The notes: generated from the sequence alone by a model not told the origin. Positions 1 to 7,651 are shown, counted from the stretch's first letter. The stretch is 32,000 nucleotides of DNA from Candidatus Hadarchaeales archaeon (GCA_038823825.1 JAWBCC010000002.1:218630-250629), one strand, 5' to 3'. Made by a program: numbers and translations.

Positions 1-896
1 TTCTTGTTGCGAACACCTCAAACATGCCGGTCGCCGCTAGAGAGGCAAGCGTGTATACCGGAATAACGATAGCCGAATATTTCCGAGACATGGGCTACGA
101 TGTTGTTCTGATGGCAGACTCGACCTCACGATGGGCGGAGGCGATGAGGGAGATATCAGGTAGGCTTGAGGAAATGCCTGGAGAAGAGGGATATCCAGCT
201 TATCTGGCTTCCCGTCTTGCAGAATTCTACGAGAGAGCCGGACGCGTGATAACACTCTCCGATATAGAGGGCTCTGTCACGGTTCTCGGCGCGGTTTCCC
301 CGCCTGGTGGTGACTTCTCCGAGCCAGTCACCCAGAATACGCTCAGAATCGTAAAGGTTCTTTGGGCTCTGGACGCTTCTCTTGCCGACAGGAGGCACTT
401 CCCCGCTGTTCATTGGCTGAGGAGCTATTCTTTCTATGTTGACCAAGTGGCAGACTGGTGGAAGAAAAACTTCGGGGAGGATTGGAGAGTCATGAGAGAG
501 GAAGCAATGGCGCTTCTTCAGAAGGAGGCGGAACTCCAAGAGATCGTTAGGCTTGTTGGCCCGGACGCTCTGCCCGAACACGATAGAGCTCTTCTCGAGT
601 CTGCAAGAATGTTGAGGGAGGATTTCCTTCAACAATTCGCTTTTCACGAAGTAGACAGCTTCTGTATGCCGGAGAAGCAAATCGGAATGTTCAAAATAAT
701 TCTCATGTTCCATCGTTTGAGCCTTGATGCGGTTTCACGCGGAATTCCGTTGGAAAAAATATCATCTCTTCCCGTGCGTTTGAGAATCGCAGATATGAAG
801 AGGATACCGATTGACAAATGGGAGACAGAGTTCAGGAAGATTGAAAGAGAAGTTAAAGAGCAGTTCAACAGTCTGTTTGAGGGTGTGAAATCTTGA
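1..896 (+). CDS. atpA: A/V-type ATP synthase catalytic subunit A, C-terminal part (5' end lies left of the window)
   Basis: The frame is open from base 3 ([34 protein letters not shown]). The block [44 protein letters not shown] is the conserved A-subunit region. The TGA at 894-896 overlaps the TTG start of the next gene. Confidence 0.95.
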   Translation, partial: LVANTSNMPVAAREASVYTGITIAEYFRDMGYDVVLMADSTSRWAEAMREISGRLEEMPGEEGYPAYLASRLAEFYERAGRVITLSDIEGSVTVLGAVSPPGGDFSEPVTQNTLRIVKVLWALDASLADRRHFPAVHWLRSYSFYVDQVADWWKKNFGEDWRVMREEAMALLQKEAELQEIVRLVGPDALPEHDRALLESARMLREDFLQQFAFHEVDSFCMPEKQIGMFKIILMFHRLSLDAVSRGIPLEKISSLPVRLRIADMKRIPIDKWETEFRKIEREVKEQFNSLFEGVKS

Positions 897-2332
897 GAAG
901 CATTGAGTATGCAACCGTCAGGGAAGTTTCCGGTCCTCTGATAGTCGTAGAGGGAATCAAGGGCGCGGCTTACGGAGAAGTCGTTGAGATCGTAACGCCA
1001 TCTGGTGAGGTGAAACGCGGACAGGTTCTCGATTCATACAGTGACAGAGCAGTTGTTCAGGTTTACGAAGGAACCTCCGGAATAGACACGGTTAAAACGA
1101 GGGTGAGATTTACAGGGGAAACGATTAAACTCGGTGTGGGTCTCGAACTCTTGGGAAGAATCTTTAACGGAAGAGGAGACCCGATAGACGGTGGCCCGAG
1201 GCCAATCGCTGAGGATGTGTGGGATGTCTACGCTCCACCCATGAATCCGGCCTCACGCGAATATCCGAGCGAATTCATTCAAACCGGAATCTCCGCAATA
1301 GACGGGATGAACACTCTGGTCAGAGGACAAAAGTTGCCAATTTTTTCGGGTTCCGGTTTACCGCACAACCAACTTGCAGCGCAGATAGCCAGGCAGGCCA
1401 GAGTTTTGGGAGAGGAAGAGAGATTCGCCGTAGTTTTCTGCGGGATAGGGATCACTCATGAAGAGGCAGCCTTCTTCATCAAAGAGCTCCAAACTAGTCT
1501 CGAGAGATCTGTGGTTTTTCTGAATTTAGCGAATGATCCGGCGATTGAGCGTATTTTAACACCGAGACTTGCTTTGACCGCCGCAGAATATCTTGCTTTC
1601 AAGCAACAAATGCATGTTTTAGTGATTCTTACAAACATCACAAACTATTGTGAGGCTCTTCGTGAAATTTCCGCGGCAAGGCATGAGGTCCCTGGGAGAA
1701 GGGGGTATCCAGGGTATATGTACACAGACTTGGCGTCAATTTACGAAAGGGCAGGAAGGATAAGAGGAAGAAAAGGTTCTGTGACCCAGCTCCCCATCCT
1801 CACGATGCCTGGTGATGACATAACCCATCCAATCCCAGATCTGACTGGATACATCACGGAGGGCCAAATAGTTTTTGACAGAGAACTTCACCATAAAGGG
1901 ATATACCCCCCAATAAACGTTCTTCCCTCTCTTTCGAGGTTGATGAAGGATGGAATTGGTAAGGGTAAAACAAGAGAAGATCACGCAGATCTCTCAAGTC
2001 AGCTATACGCGGCCTACGCGGAAGGAAGAGACATAAGATCTTTCGTGGCAATTGTCGGGGAGGAAGCCTTGACGGACAGAGATAGAAAATATCTTCAGTT
2101 TGCGGATAACTTCGAGAGGAAATTCGTTAATCAGGGAGTTTATGAGAACAGACCGATCGAAGTGACTCTAGATCTCGGCTGGGAACTCCTTCGCCTATTG
2201 CCTGAGAGCGAACTCAAAAGGATAGACCCAGAACTCAGGAAGAAGTATCTTCACAGGTTTGAAGAAAGCGCTCAGAACTCAAGATCTTCATCATCTGGAT
2301 CAGACAAGCCAAGTTCCTCATCGCGCACTTAA
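893..2332 (+). CDS. atpB: A/V-type ATP synthase subunit B
   Basis: 479 aa with a TTG start in a TTGA overlap with the atpA stop. Conserved B-subunit blocks: [72 protein letters not shown]. The C-terminal Ser-rich tail (about 25 aa) is atypical. Confidence 0.95.
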   Translation: MRSIEYATVREVSGPLIVVEGIKGAAYGEVVEIVTPSGEVKRGQVLDSYSDRAVVQVYEGTSGIDTVKTRVRFTGETIKLGVGLELLGRIFNGRGDPIDGGPRPIAEDVWDVYAPPMNPASREYPSEFIQTGISAIDGMNTLVRGQKLPIFSGSGLPHNQLAAQIARQARVLGEEERFAVVFCGIGITHEEAAFFIKELQTSLERSVVFLNLANDPAIERILTPRLALTAAEYLAFKQQMHVLVILTNITNYCEALREISAARHEVPGRRGYPGYMYTDLASIYERAGRIRGRKGSVTQLPILTMPGDDITHPIPDLTGYITEGQIVFDRELHHKGIYPPINVLPSLSRLMKDGIGKGKTREDHADLSSQLYAAYAEGRDIRSFVAIVGEEALTDRDRKYLQFADNFERKFVNQGVYENRPIEVTLDLGWELLRLLPESELKRIDPELRKKYLHRFEESAQNSRSSSSGSDKPSSSSRT

Positions 2333-2359
2333 ATTTCGATTTTCCAGATTTTATCCCTT

Positions 2360-3469
2360 TCATTCGATGTTTTCGATCAGTTTGGCAACACGTTCAAGAG
2401 AACTCGCATATCTCTTTCTGTGCTCCTTCAGAAAGTCGAGGAGGAGTTCTATAGCCATCTGCTTGCATTCCCCGCAGATCATTTTCCCGTTCATGCACAT
2501 CTCTCTGATTTCAAGAAGTTTCTCATCGCTGGGTATCAAGTGATAGAAATATAGATCGAAAACTCTACATATGTCCGGATTTCCTCCTTTTTCTCTTTGT
2601 TCTCTGGCCGTTGGCTTTCCACCGGTGAACGCATTCATGATCTTTCTCCTCACGGTTTCGTCGTCGTCTGTGAGAAACACAGCGCTTTCTGGTTTACTGC
2701 TTGACATTTTCTCCTCGATCAGCCCCGGCAAGAGTTTGTGATAGGTTGCTGATGGAGGAATGAATCCAAAATCTCTCTGGAATCTATTTGCTATATCTCT
2801 CGCCAGTCTTATGTGTGGGTCTTGATCGATTCCGACCGGAATGACCGTCGGTATCGGTCCGCAGAATTCGGGTAGTTGGGGGTGAAGGATGTCCGCCACG
2901 TCGATGATCGGATAGTATATCGAGGAAAGGCTGGATTCTCCGGAAAATCCGTAGATCGCCCTTAACTCGCTGAAGTTGACTTTTTTGGAGAGGAGGAAGG
3001 CGAGTTTCTTGACATGCTCATCCGTTGACTGAAAGTAAACGCGGCATCTCGAGAGATCAAGTCCTAAAGCATCGTAGTTGGCCAGATATTCTTCGATCGC
3101 TATTTTTCTAGCTTCCTCAAGCGATAGATCTCTCGCAGAATATGCCTCTAAATCGGCGACACAGAGAAATATCTTTGAACCTTTTATCTTCGAGTACCAG
3201 ATGAGCTGATCTATCACCATTTTGTGGCCGAGGTGCATCTTTCCGCTCGGCATCAGACCCGTCATGACCGCGAACTCTTCTCCGCGTAAGATTTTTTCCA
3301 AAATTCTTCGAAAATCTCTGTGGCCGAAAATTATCTTTCTCCTCATTATAGTCATTGGGTTTGGGATATCTGGAAGGAGTTCCTCAAATGGGGATATTCC
3401 AAACTCCTCCATTAGCCTCGCATAGTTCTCCGGAAGTGTGGCCTGCCAAGGATCGATTCTGACCGGCAT
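2360..3469 (-). CDS. trpS: Tryptophanyl-tRNA synthetase (archaeal/eukaryotic type)
   Basis: 369 aa. Class I HIGH-type motif (GKMHLGH) and KMSKS-type loop (KMSSSKP). N-terminal DPW...YARLMEEFGI block typical of archaeal TrpRS. The ATG at 3469 directly abuts the endA stop at 3470-3472. Confidence 0.85.
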   Translation of the reverse strand: MPVRIDPWQATLPENYARLMEEFGISPFEELLPDIPNPMTIMRRKIIFGHRDFRRILEKILRGEEFAVMTGLMPSGKMHLGHKMVIDQLIWYSKIKGSKIFLCVADLEAYSARDLSLEEARKIAIEEYLANYDALGLDLSRCRVYFQSTDEHVKKLAFLLSKKVNFSELRAIYGFSGESSLSSIYYPIIDVADILHPQLPEFCGPIPTVIPVGIDQDPHIRLARDIANRFQRDFGFIPPSATYHKLLPGLIEEKMSSSKPESAVFLTDDDETVRRKIMNAFTGGKPTAREQREKGGNPDICRVFDLYFYHLIPSDEKLLEIREMCMNGKMICGECKQMAIELLLDFLKEHRKRYASSLERVAKLIENIE

Positions 3470-3997
3470 TCAGAGCCGCTCCCTGTTTAACGAATAGTAT
3501 GTTACGTCTCCCTCATCATCGACGATGGCATATAATATTTTTTTACGCACGCTTTGCGCCACTCTGACGTCGCCAGAGATATCGCTTACACTAAACCTGG
3601 CGTGCTCCGGGACTACTCTCACCAAGAATTTCGAGTGAGATTCCGGCGGTTTTTCTCCTTTCTCATAAACTCTGAAGTGTGCTCCAAACTTTAAGCCTGT
3701 TCTTACTATGTATCCTCTGCCGCGCAAGTCTGAGTATGCCGCGTACTTAAGTGGAAGTAGTTTGTCTTTTTTCGAAAATTTAGCCATCAGCTGATTGAAA
3801 TCTAACTTCTCTCCGCGTTCGTAAACTTCGAGCTTTCCCTTCTCAACGAGGAATAGGGTTTCAACAGGCGCGAGCTGTAATTTTCCATCTCCAAGAAGTT
3901 TTCCGAAGAATCCCTTCTGATATATCCTGTTTGCCGCGAGGTTATCCGCAACGATCACGCGGTCGCCACAAAGTTCTCCTTTCGCGATTTCCTCCAT
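3470..3997 (-). CDS. endA: tRNA-splicing (BHB) endonuclease, homotetramer-size EndA
   Basis: 175 aa. Catalytic-domain blocks YSDLRGRGYIVRTGLKFGAHFRVYEKG and SHSKFLV. Starts 3 nt downstream of the radical-SAM gene stop, so co-transcription is likely. Confidence 0.9.
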   Translation of the reverse strand: MEEIAKGELCGDRVIVADNLAANRIYQKGFFGKLLGDGKLQLAPVETLFLVEKGKLEVYERGEKLDFNQLMAKFSKKDKLLPLKYAAYSDLRGRGYIVRTGLKFGAHFRVYEKGEKPPESHSKFLVRVVPEHARFSVSDISGDVRVAQSVRKKILYAIVDDEGDVTYYSLNRERL

Positions 3998-4000
3998 TTT

Positions 4001-5506
4001 TCATCCCTGAGCGGTTTCCTTTTGTTTGCTCGTCTCGCTCTTTAACGAATTCCAGTAGTACAGATTATATACGCATCCCGGATCGGGCCCGCTAACGTCT
4101 CCGTAATATCCGTACGCTCTTGCCCGACATCCACCGCAGACAAACCTATACTCGCAGTTTCCACATCCTAAAAGGGCATTTCTATTCCTGAGTTTCCACA
4201 AGACTTCGGATTTTTCCCAAATCTCCTTCAAATCGTCAGTTTTTATGTTTCCAAGCTTGATTGGCATGAAAACACAAGGGGTAATATCTCCGTTCGGCTC
4301 TAGCCCGCAGTAAAGTCTCCCTGCTCCACATCCTCCGAGGAAGTCTGCGAGGCTTTCGGTTTTTCCGCGCAGAGCTTGTAAGAGTCCTTCTGATGTGAAG
4401 TGGGTTGCGACGATCCCTCCATATGCTGAAACAACATTTCCGTAGAGTCCGCAAGCAAATTTTAGAGAGACGACGGAGTACTGTGGTGCGGTTGAGTAGC
4501 AAATGAGTCCACCATTGCTGTTTATCATCTTCAGGTAGAGGAACTTTAGGAGTTCTTCCCTTTCTTCCGGTTCGAGGTCCTGCTCCACGATTTCTTTTCC
4601 TCTGCCAACCGGGACATAGTTAAATATTATCACCCTTTTCACGCCCAGCTCCTTTTCTGCGAAATCAACGAGCTGGGGGATCTCCCGATAGTTCATTTTC
4701 GTTGCCGTGATAGCTACGCAGGTGTCAATGCCCTCCGCCACACAATTTTTTATACCCTCGCATGTCTTCCTCCAAACGCCTGGAATTCCGCGGAACTCGT
4801 CGTGGGTCTTCTCTATCCCATCAAGCGAAATCTCCACGTAGTCAAAGATTTCTTTGACTTTTTTTGCAACGTCCGGCGTTATCAGAGTTCCGTTCGTTGC
4901 CATAGAGACGAAAAATCCCTTTTCCTTCGCGTAGCCAGCTACCTCCCAGATATCCTTGCGAACGAGTGGTTCTCCACCGGAAAATGCTATGGCAACGACT
5001 CCGGCTTCCTCAAACTGATCGATCACTCGTTTTGCTTCCTCTGTCGTCAGCTCATCGCTCGCTTGACCTCCTCCCGCGTTCTCATAGCAGTGCTTACACC
5101 AGAGGTTACAGGCGCGCGTGTAGTTCCAAACGACAAGAAACGGGGAAGCAGATGTGAAGGGGCGCTCTGCTCCAAATTTCGCTATTCCCTCGAGAACGTT
5201 CACCATCCCCCGTCTTATCACGGGGTCTCTGAGATGTTTTTTGAGCTCTTCCTCCGGATATCCGAAAGCTGTGGCTCCTCTCTTTATGACGGTTTTTACA
5301 ACAATCGATGCCAGCCTGTCGCGGATGTCTGCGTCTGTTTTCTCACCAATGTATGCTCTGATAGCCTTGTCCAGCCTACTACCACCTTTTCTACTTTTGC
5401 CGCAAACGAATCGTAGGGCAAATCTGGAAAGGGGATTGTTTAACCACCTCTGGACGGATTGGACGATTACTTCTTCCCTTCCAACTTGCGATTCCACGGA
5501 TCCCAT
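4001..5506 (-). CDS. Radical SAM enzyme with C-terminal SPASM-type auxiliary-cluster domain and an N-terminal extension of about 115 aa
   Basis: 501 aa. CNLWCKHC (CxxxCxxC) followed by AFSGGEPL. The C-terminal Cys cluster GCGNCEYRFVCGGCRARAY is SPASM-like. First gene of a radical-SAM/endA/trpS co-directional string. Confidence 0.85.
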   Translation of the reverse strand: MGSVESQVGREEVIVQSVQRWLNNPLSRFALRFVCGKSRKGGSRLDKAIRAYIGEKTDADIRDRLASIVVKTVIKRGATAFGYPEEELKKHLRDPVIRRGMVNVLEGIAKFGAERPFTSASPFLVVWNYTRACNLWCKHCYENAGGGQASDELTTEEAKRVIDQFEEAGVVAIAFSGGEPLVRKDIWEVAGYAKEKGFFVSMATNGTLITPDVAKKVKEIFDYVEISLDGIEKTHDEFRGIPGVWRKTCEGIKNCVAEGIDTCVAITATKMNYREIPQLVDFAEKELGVKRVIIFNYVPVGRGKEIVEQDLEPEEREELLKFLYLKMINSNGGLICYSTAPQYSVVSLKFACGLYGNVVSAYGGIVATHFTSEGLLQALRGKTESLADFLGGCGAGRLYCGLEPNGDITPCVFMPIKLGNIKTDDLKEIWEKSEVLWKLRNRNALLGCGNCEYRFVCGGCRARAYGYYGDVSGPDPGCVYNLYYWNSLKSETSKQKETAQG

Positions 5507-5527
5507 CGTTTGACTTTTCTCCGGCAG

Positions 5528-5536
5528 CTATATAAG
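5528..5536 (-). promoter_or_regulatory. Putative TATA box for the radical-SAM/endA/trpS operon
   Basis: CTTATATAG on the minus strand, centred about 26 nt upstream of the ATG at 5506. This spacing suggests a leaderless or near-leaderless transcript. Confidence 0.4.
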
Positions 5537-5734
5537 CCCGTTCGTGTTTAATTATTATTGGGGCGGTCACGCTAATAGAGCGGCGAGCCGAGACGATGAG
5601 GAGAATTTAAAAGCCGAGACTCTTTTGCTTGTCGAGGAAGAGTCACCTCCAGCCGAGTCGGTGTGGCCCGTCGCTCAAATCATATTAGCTTTTTATTTTA
5701 GATTTTCTGCGGAGAAAAATATGGGGTGAGGAGG

Positions 5735-5848
5735 GTGCCGAAGTGCTCTGCTTGCGGGAAAAACGTGAAGGATCCGGAGAAAATAACAACTTGCTCTGGA
5801 TGCGGAAAAAGGCTTTGCATATCCTGTTTTTCCAAACACAAATGTTGA
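5735..5848 (+). CDS. Unannotated small Cys-rich zinc-finger protein (37 aa from GTG 5735; 40 aa if GTG 5726)
   Basis: My own translation: MPKCSACGKNVKDPEKITTCSGCGKRLCISCFSKHKC, stop TGA 5846-5848. Pattern: CxxC-x12-CxxC-x4-CxxC-x3-H-x-C. GGTGA lies 5 nt upstream of 5735. A T-rich TATA-like tract sits at about 5688-5700. Below the 60-aa cutoff of the ORF track. Confidence 0.5.
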   Translation: MPKCSACGKNVKDPEKITTCSGCGKRLCISCFSKHKC

Positions 5849-5905
5849 AAGCCACAGATGTCGCTTATGGGCAAAAATTATCAGAATAGGTCAGGAAATA
5901 TTCTA

Positions 5906-5929
5906 GTTTTTCTTTCTTTTTTGGTTTAT
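5906..5929 (+). terminator. T-rich tract, possible archaeal oligo-T terminator after the small ORF
   Basis: GTTTTTCTTTCTTTTTTGGTTT lies about 60 nt downstream of the stop at 5848. Confidence 0.3.
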
Positions 5930-6009
5930 TGAGAAAATCTTTTTAAGTTTCGCGAAAATAAAATAATTTTGGCGTGATGGCGTGAAAGCGGTAATGTGGG
6001 GTGGTGGGC

Positions 6010-6396
6010 ATGGGGCTCCACATTATCGCCGAATTCTTAGGGGTGAAAGAGGAGAAAATTGCAACAATAAAGCAATTGAAGCCGATAGTAGAGAGAGTAG
6101 TGAAGAAAAGCGGTTTAAACGTGGTTTCTTCGGCATATCATCAGTTTAAGCCGTATGGAGTCACCTGCGTTTATCTTTTGATGGAATCGCATCTGGCGAT
6201 TCACACTTGGCCAGAAGTTTGCTACATGGCTGTGGATATCTTTACATGTGGGAAAAATCGGAAAGCAAAGGAGACGCTCGAGTTGTTGAGAAAGGAGTTT
6301 TCTCCGAAAAAGGTGAAGATGAAGATCATAGGGAGGCTTGAGTATGAGAAGCTACTCGAGAGAAAAGAAAATTCTGCGAGAGCTGGCGGGAGGTAA
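6010..6396 (+). CDS. speH: S-adenosylmethionine decarboxylase proenzyme (pyruvoyl type, SpeH class)
   Basis: GLHIIAEFLG..., LMESHLAIHTWPE (Glu-Ser self-cleavage site) and VDIFTCG are the SpeH motifs. ATG 6010 is preferred over the ORF-track GTG 6001. Confidence 0.9.
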   Translation: MGLHIIAEFLGVKEEKIATIKQLKPIVERVVKKSGLNVVSSAYHQFKPYGVTCVYLLMESHLAIHTWPEVCYMAVDIFTCGKNRKAKETLELLRKEFSPKKVKMKIIGRLEYEKLLERKENSARAGGR

Positions 6397-7360
6397 GAAG
6401 ACTCTTTGGGAGCTTCTCGCGTCGTATCATTGGACTCTGCGAGACTTCATCTCTGATATAAACAGACTCTATGACGAGGGGAAGATCTCGACGGATGGGA
6501 AGTATATATATCTCAAGGAAAAAATTGGGGCAGATGGTTTTAGCTCGATTGTGTGCCCGAAATGTGATGGAAGACGTGTTCTTCCAAAAAATCATGTTTT
6601 TATAGAGAAAAGATTTAAACGGTTGCTCAGGGATAGGCCTAAACCGGAGGTCAAGTTTTTCCAAGGATATATGCGCCCCGAGGATGTTCTAGCCCGAATT
6701 GCTTTGATGGATATGTATGGTGACGTGGAGGGAAAGTCAATAATCCTGATCGGAGATGACGACCTTGTGAGCTTGGCCCTGGCCCTGACGGGACTCCCAG
6801 AGAGAATCGTTGTGTTGGATATTGATGAGAGATTGGGAGAATTCATGCGGAAGGCTTTGCGTGAGGATGGGGTAAAGTCGGTGGAGTTTATACATCATGA
6901 TGTCGCGGAGCCTCTTCCAAAAGATTTGAGACGGAAGTTCGATGTTTTTGTCACAGACCCGCTCGAGACGGTTTCTGGGCTCAAGGCTTTCCTATGCAGA
7001 GCCGCTTGTGCTCTCAAACCTACGGATTCAGCCGGATATTTCGGTTTGACAACGCTCGAGGCTTCGCCAAAAAAATGGCTTTGGGTTCAGGGACTTCTCT
7101 ACAGAATGAATCTTGCGATCACAGATGCCGTGAGGGAGCACTCGAGCTATCCTACCCAAGATTACCACATAGGTTTTCCGTACGAGGAGCCAATTCTGAA
7201 GAAGTTGAAGTTTAAGTATGAGCTTCCGCCGGATGTCTCTTGGTATAAATCGACATTTTTCAGGGCTGAGGCTGTCGGAAAAGTTAGACCGATTCATTGT
7301 TCGAAGCACATCCGCGTGAGGGTTTGGGACGAGGATGACATAACCTGGCCGAATCGTTAG
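6344..7360 (+). CDS. bpsA: DUF43-family aminopropyltransferase, probable N4-bis(aminopropyl)spermidine synthase
   Basis: About 338 aa. N-terminal wHTH-like region plus a Rossmann part with IILIGDDDLVSLALALTGLPERIVVLDIDERL and VFVTDP. GGGAGG lies 7 nt upstream of ATG 6344 (the ORF track uses TTG 6338). Overlaps the speH 3' end by 53 nt. Confidence 0.75.
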   Translation: MRSYSREKKILRELAGGKKTLWELLASYHWTLRDFISDINRLYDEGKISTDGKYIYLKEKIGADGFSSIVCPKCDGRRVLPKNHVFIEKRFKRLLRDRPKPEVKFFQGYMRPEDVLARIALMDMYGDVEGKSIILIGDDDLVSLALALTGLPERIVVLDIDERLGEFMRKALREDGVKSVEFIHHDVAEPLPKDLRRKFDVFVTDPLETVSGLKAFLCRAACALKPTDSAGYFGLTTLEASPKKWLWVQGLLYRMNLAITDAVREHSSYPTQDYHIGFPYEEPILKKLKFKYELPPDVSWYKSTFFRAEAVGKVRPIHCSKHIRVRVWDEDDITWPNR

Positions 7361-7369
7361 CAAGTTTCG

Positions 7370-7375
7370 TTTTTT
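7370..7375 (+). terminator. Oligo-T (T6) just downstream of the bpsA stop
   Basis: TTTCGTTTTTTG begins 5 nt after the TAG at 7358-7360. Confidence 0.35.
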
Positions 7376-7492
7376 GCTGGAGATAATTAGACGCAGGATG
7401 TGTTGGGAGATCCACCCTCTTTAACTCGCTTTGCCGAAACCATACCTCCAGAATACTCAAAAAGATGATAAAGGGGAATTCAATGCCGGCAG

Positions 7493-7623
7493 TGGTGGGG
7501 CCGCCAGGATTTGAACCCGGGTTTGCGGGTCTCACCGGCTCCAGTGGGTCATCATCTTTTCGTCAGCAGACCCACCTCATTCCACTGGAGCCCGCCGTGA
7601 TAACCAAGCTACACTACGGCCCC
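7493..7623 (-). tRNA. trnW: tRNA-Trp (anticodon CCA) with encoded CCA end and a 54-nt intron at the canonical 37/38 position
   Basis: Minus-strand read: GGGGCCG-UA-GUGU-AGCUUGGUUA-UCAC-G-GCGGG-CUCCAG [intron] A-CCCGC-AAAC-CCGGG-UUCAAAU-CCUGG-CGGCCCC-A-CCA. Perfect 7-bp acceptor stem, 5-bp anticodon stem, and a T-arm with a UUCAAAU loop. Confidence 0.9.
7531..7584 (-). ncRNA. Box C/D guide RNA embedded in the tRNA-Trp intron
   Basis: Intron read 5'->3': degenerate box C AUGAGGU (7574-7580), box D' CUGA (7563-7566), box C' AUGAUGA (7549-7555), degenerate box D GUGA (7532-7535). The spacers are complementary to the tRNA exons (see findings). Confidence 0.7.
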
Positions 7624-7651
7624 ACCATTCCTATACTCTGTCAGACACAAG

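Noticed and set aside
156-713. 185-aa minus-strand ORF (and other ORFs of 60-80 aa) inside atpA/atpB.
   Set aside because: It is antisense to strongly conserved ATPase coding sequence, with no start context or recognisable motifs. These are typical shadow ORFs.
4802-5416. 204-aa plus-strand ORF (also 4966-5157 and 5154-5513).
   Set aside because: It is fully antisense to the radical-SAM gene. The composition is low-complexity and Arg/Ser-rich, as is typical of antisense frames.
5544-5729. 61-aa plus-strand ORF in the rSAM / mini-ORF spacer.
   Set aside because: It has no SD and starts inside the divergent promoter. The sequence is acidic, low-complexity and ends in a hydrophobic run. The region is better explained as regulatory or RNA (see findings).
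7464-7472. GATGATAAA box C-like string downstream of the tRNA.
   Set aside because: There is no matching CUGA/box D, no terminal stem and no guide complementarity nearby. It is probably just part of the tRNA 3' flank and terminator.
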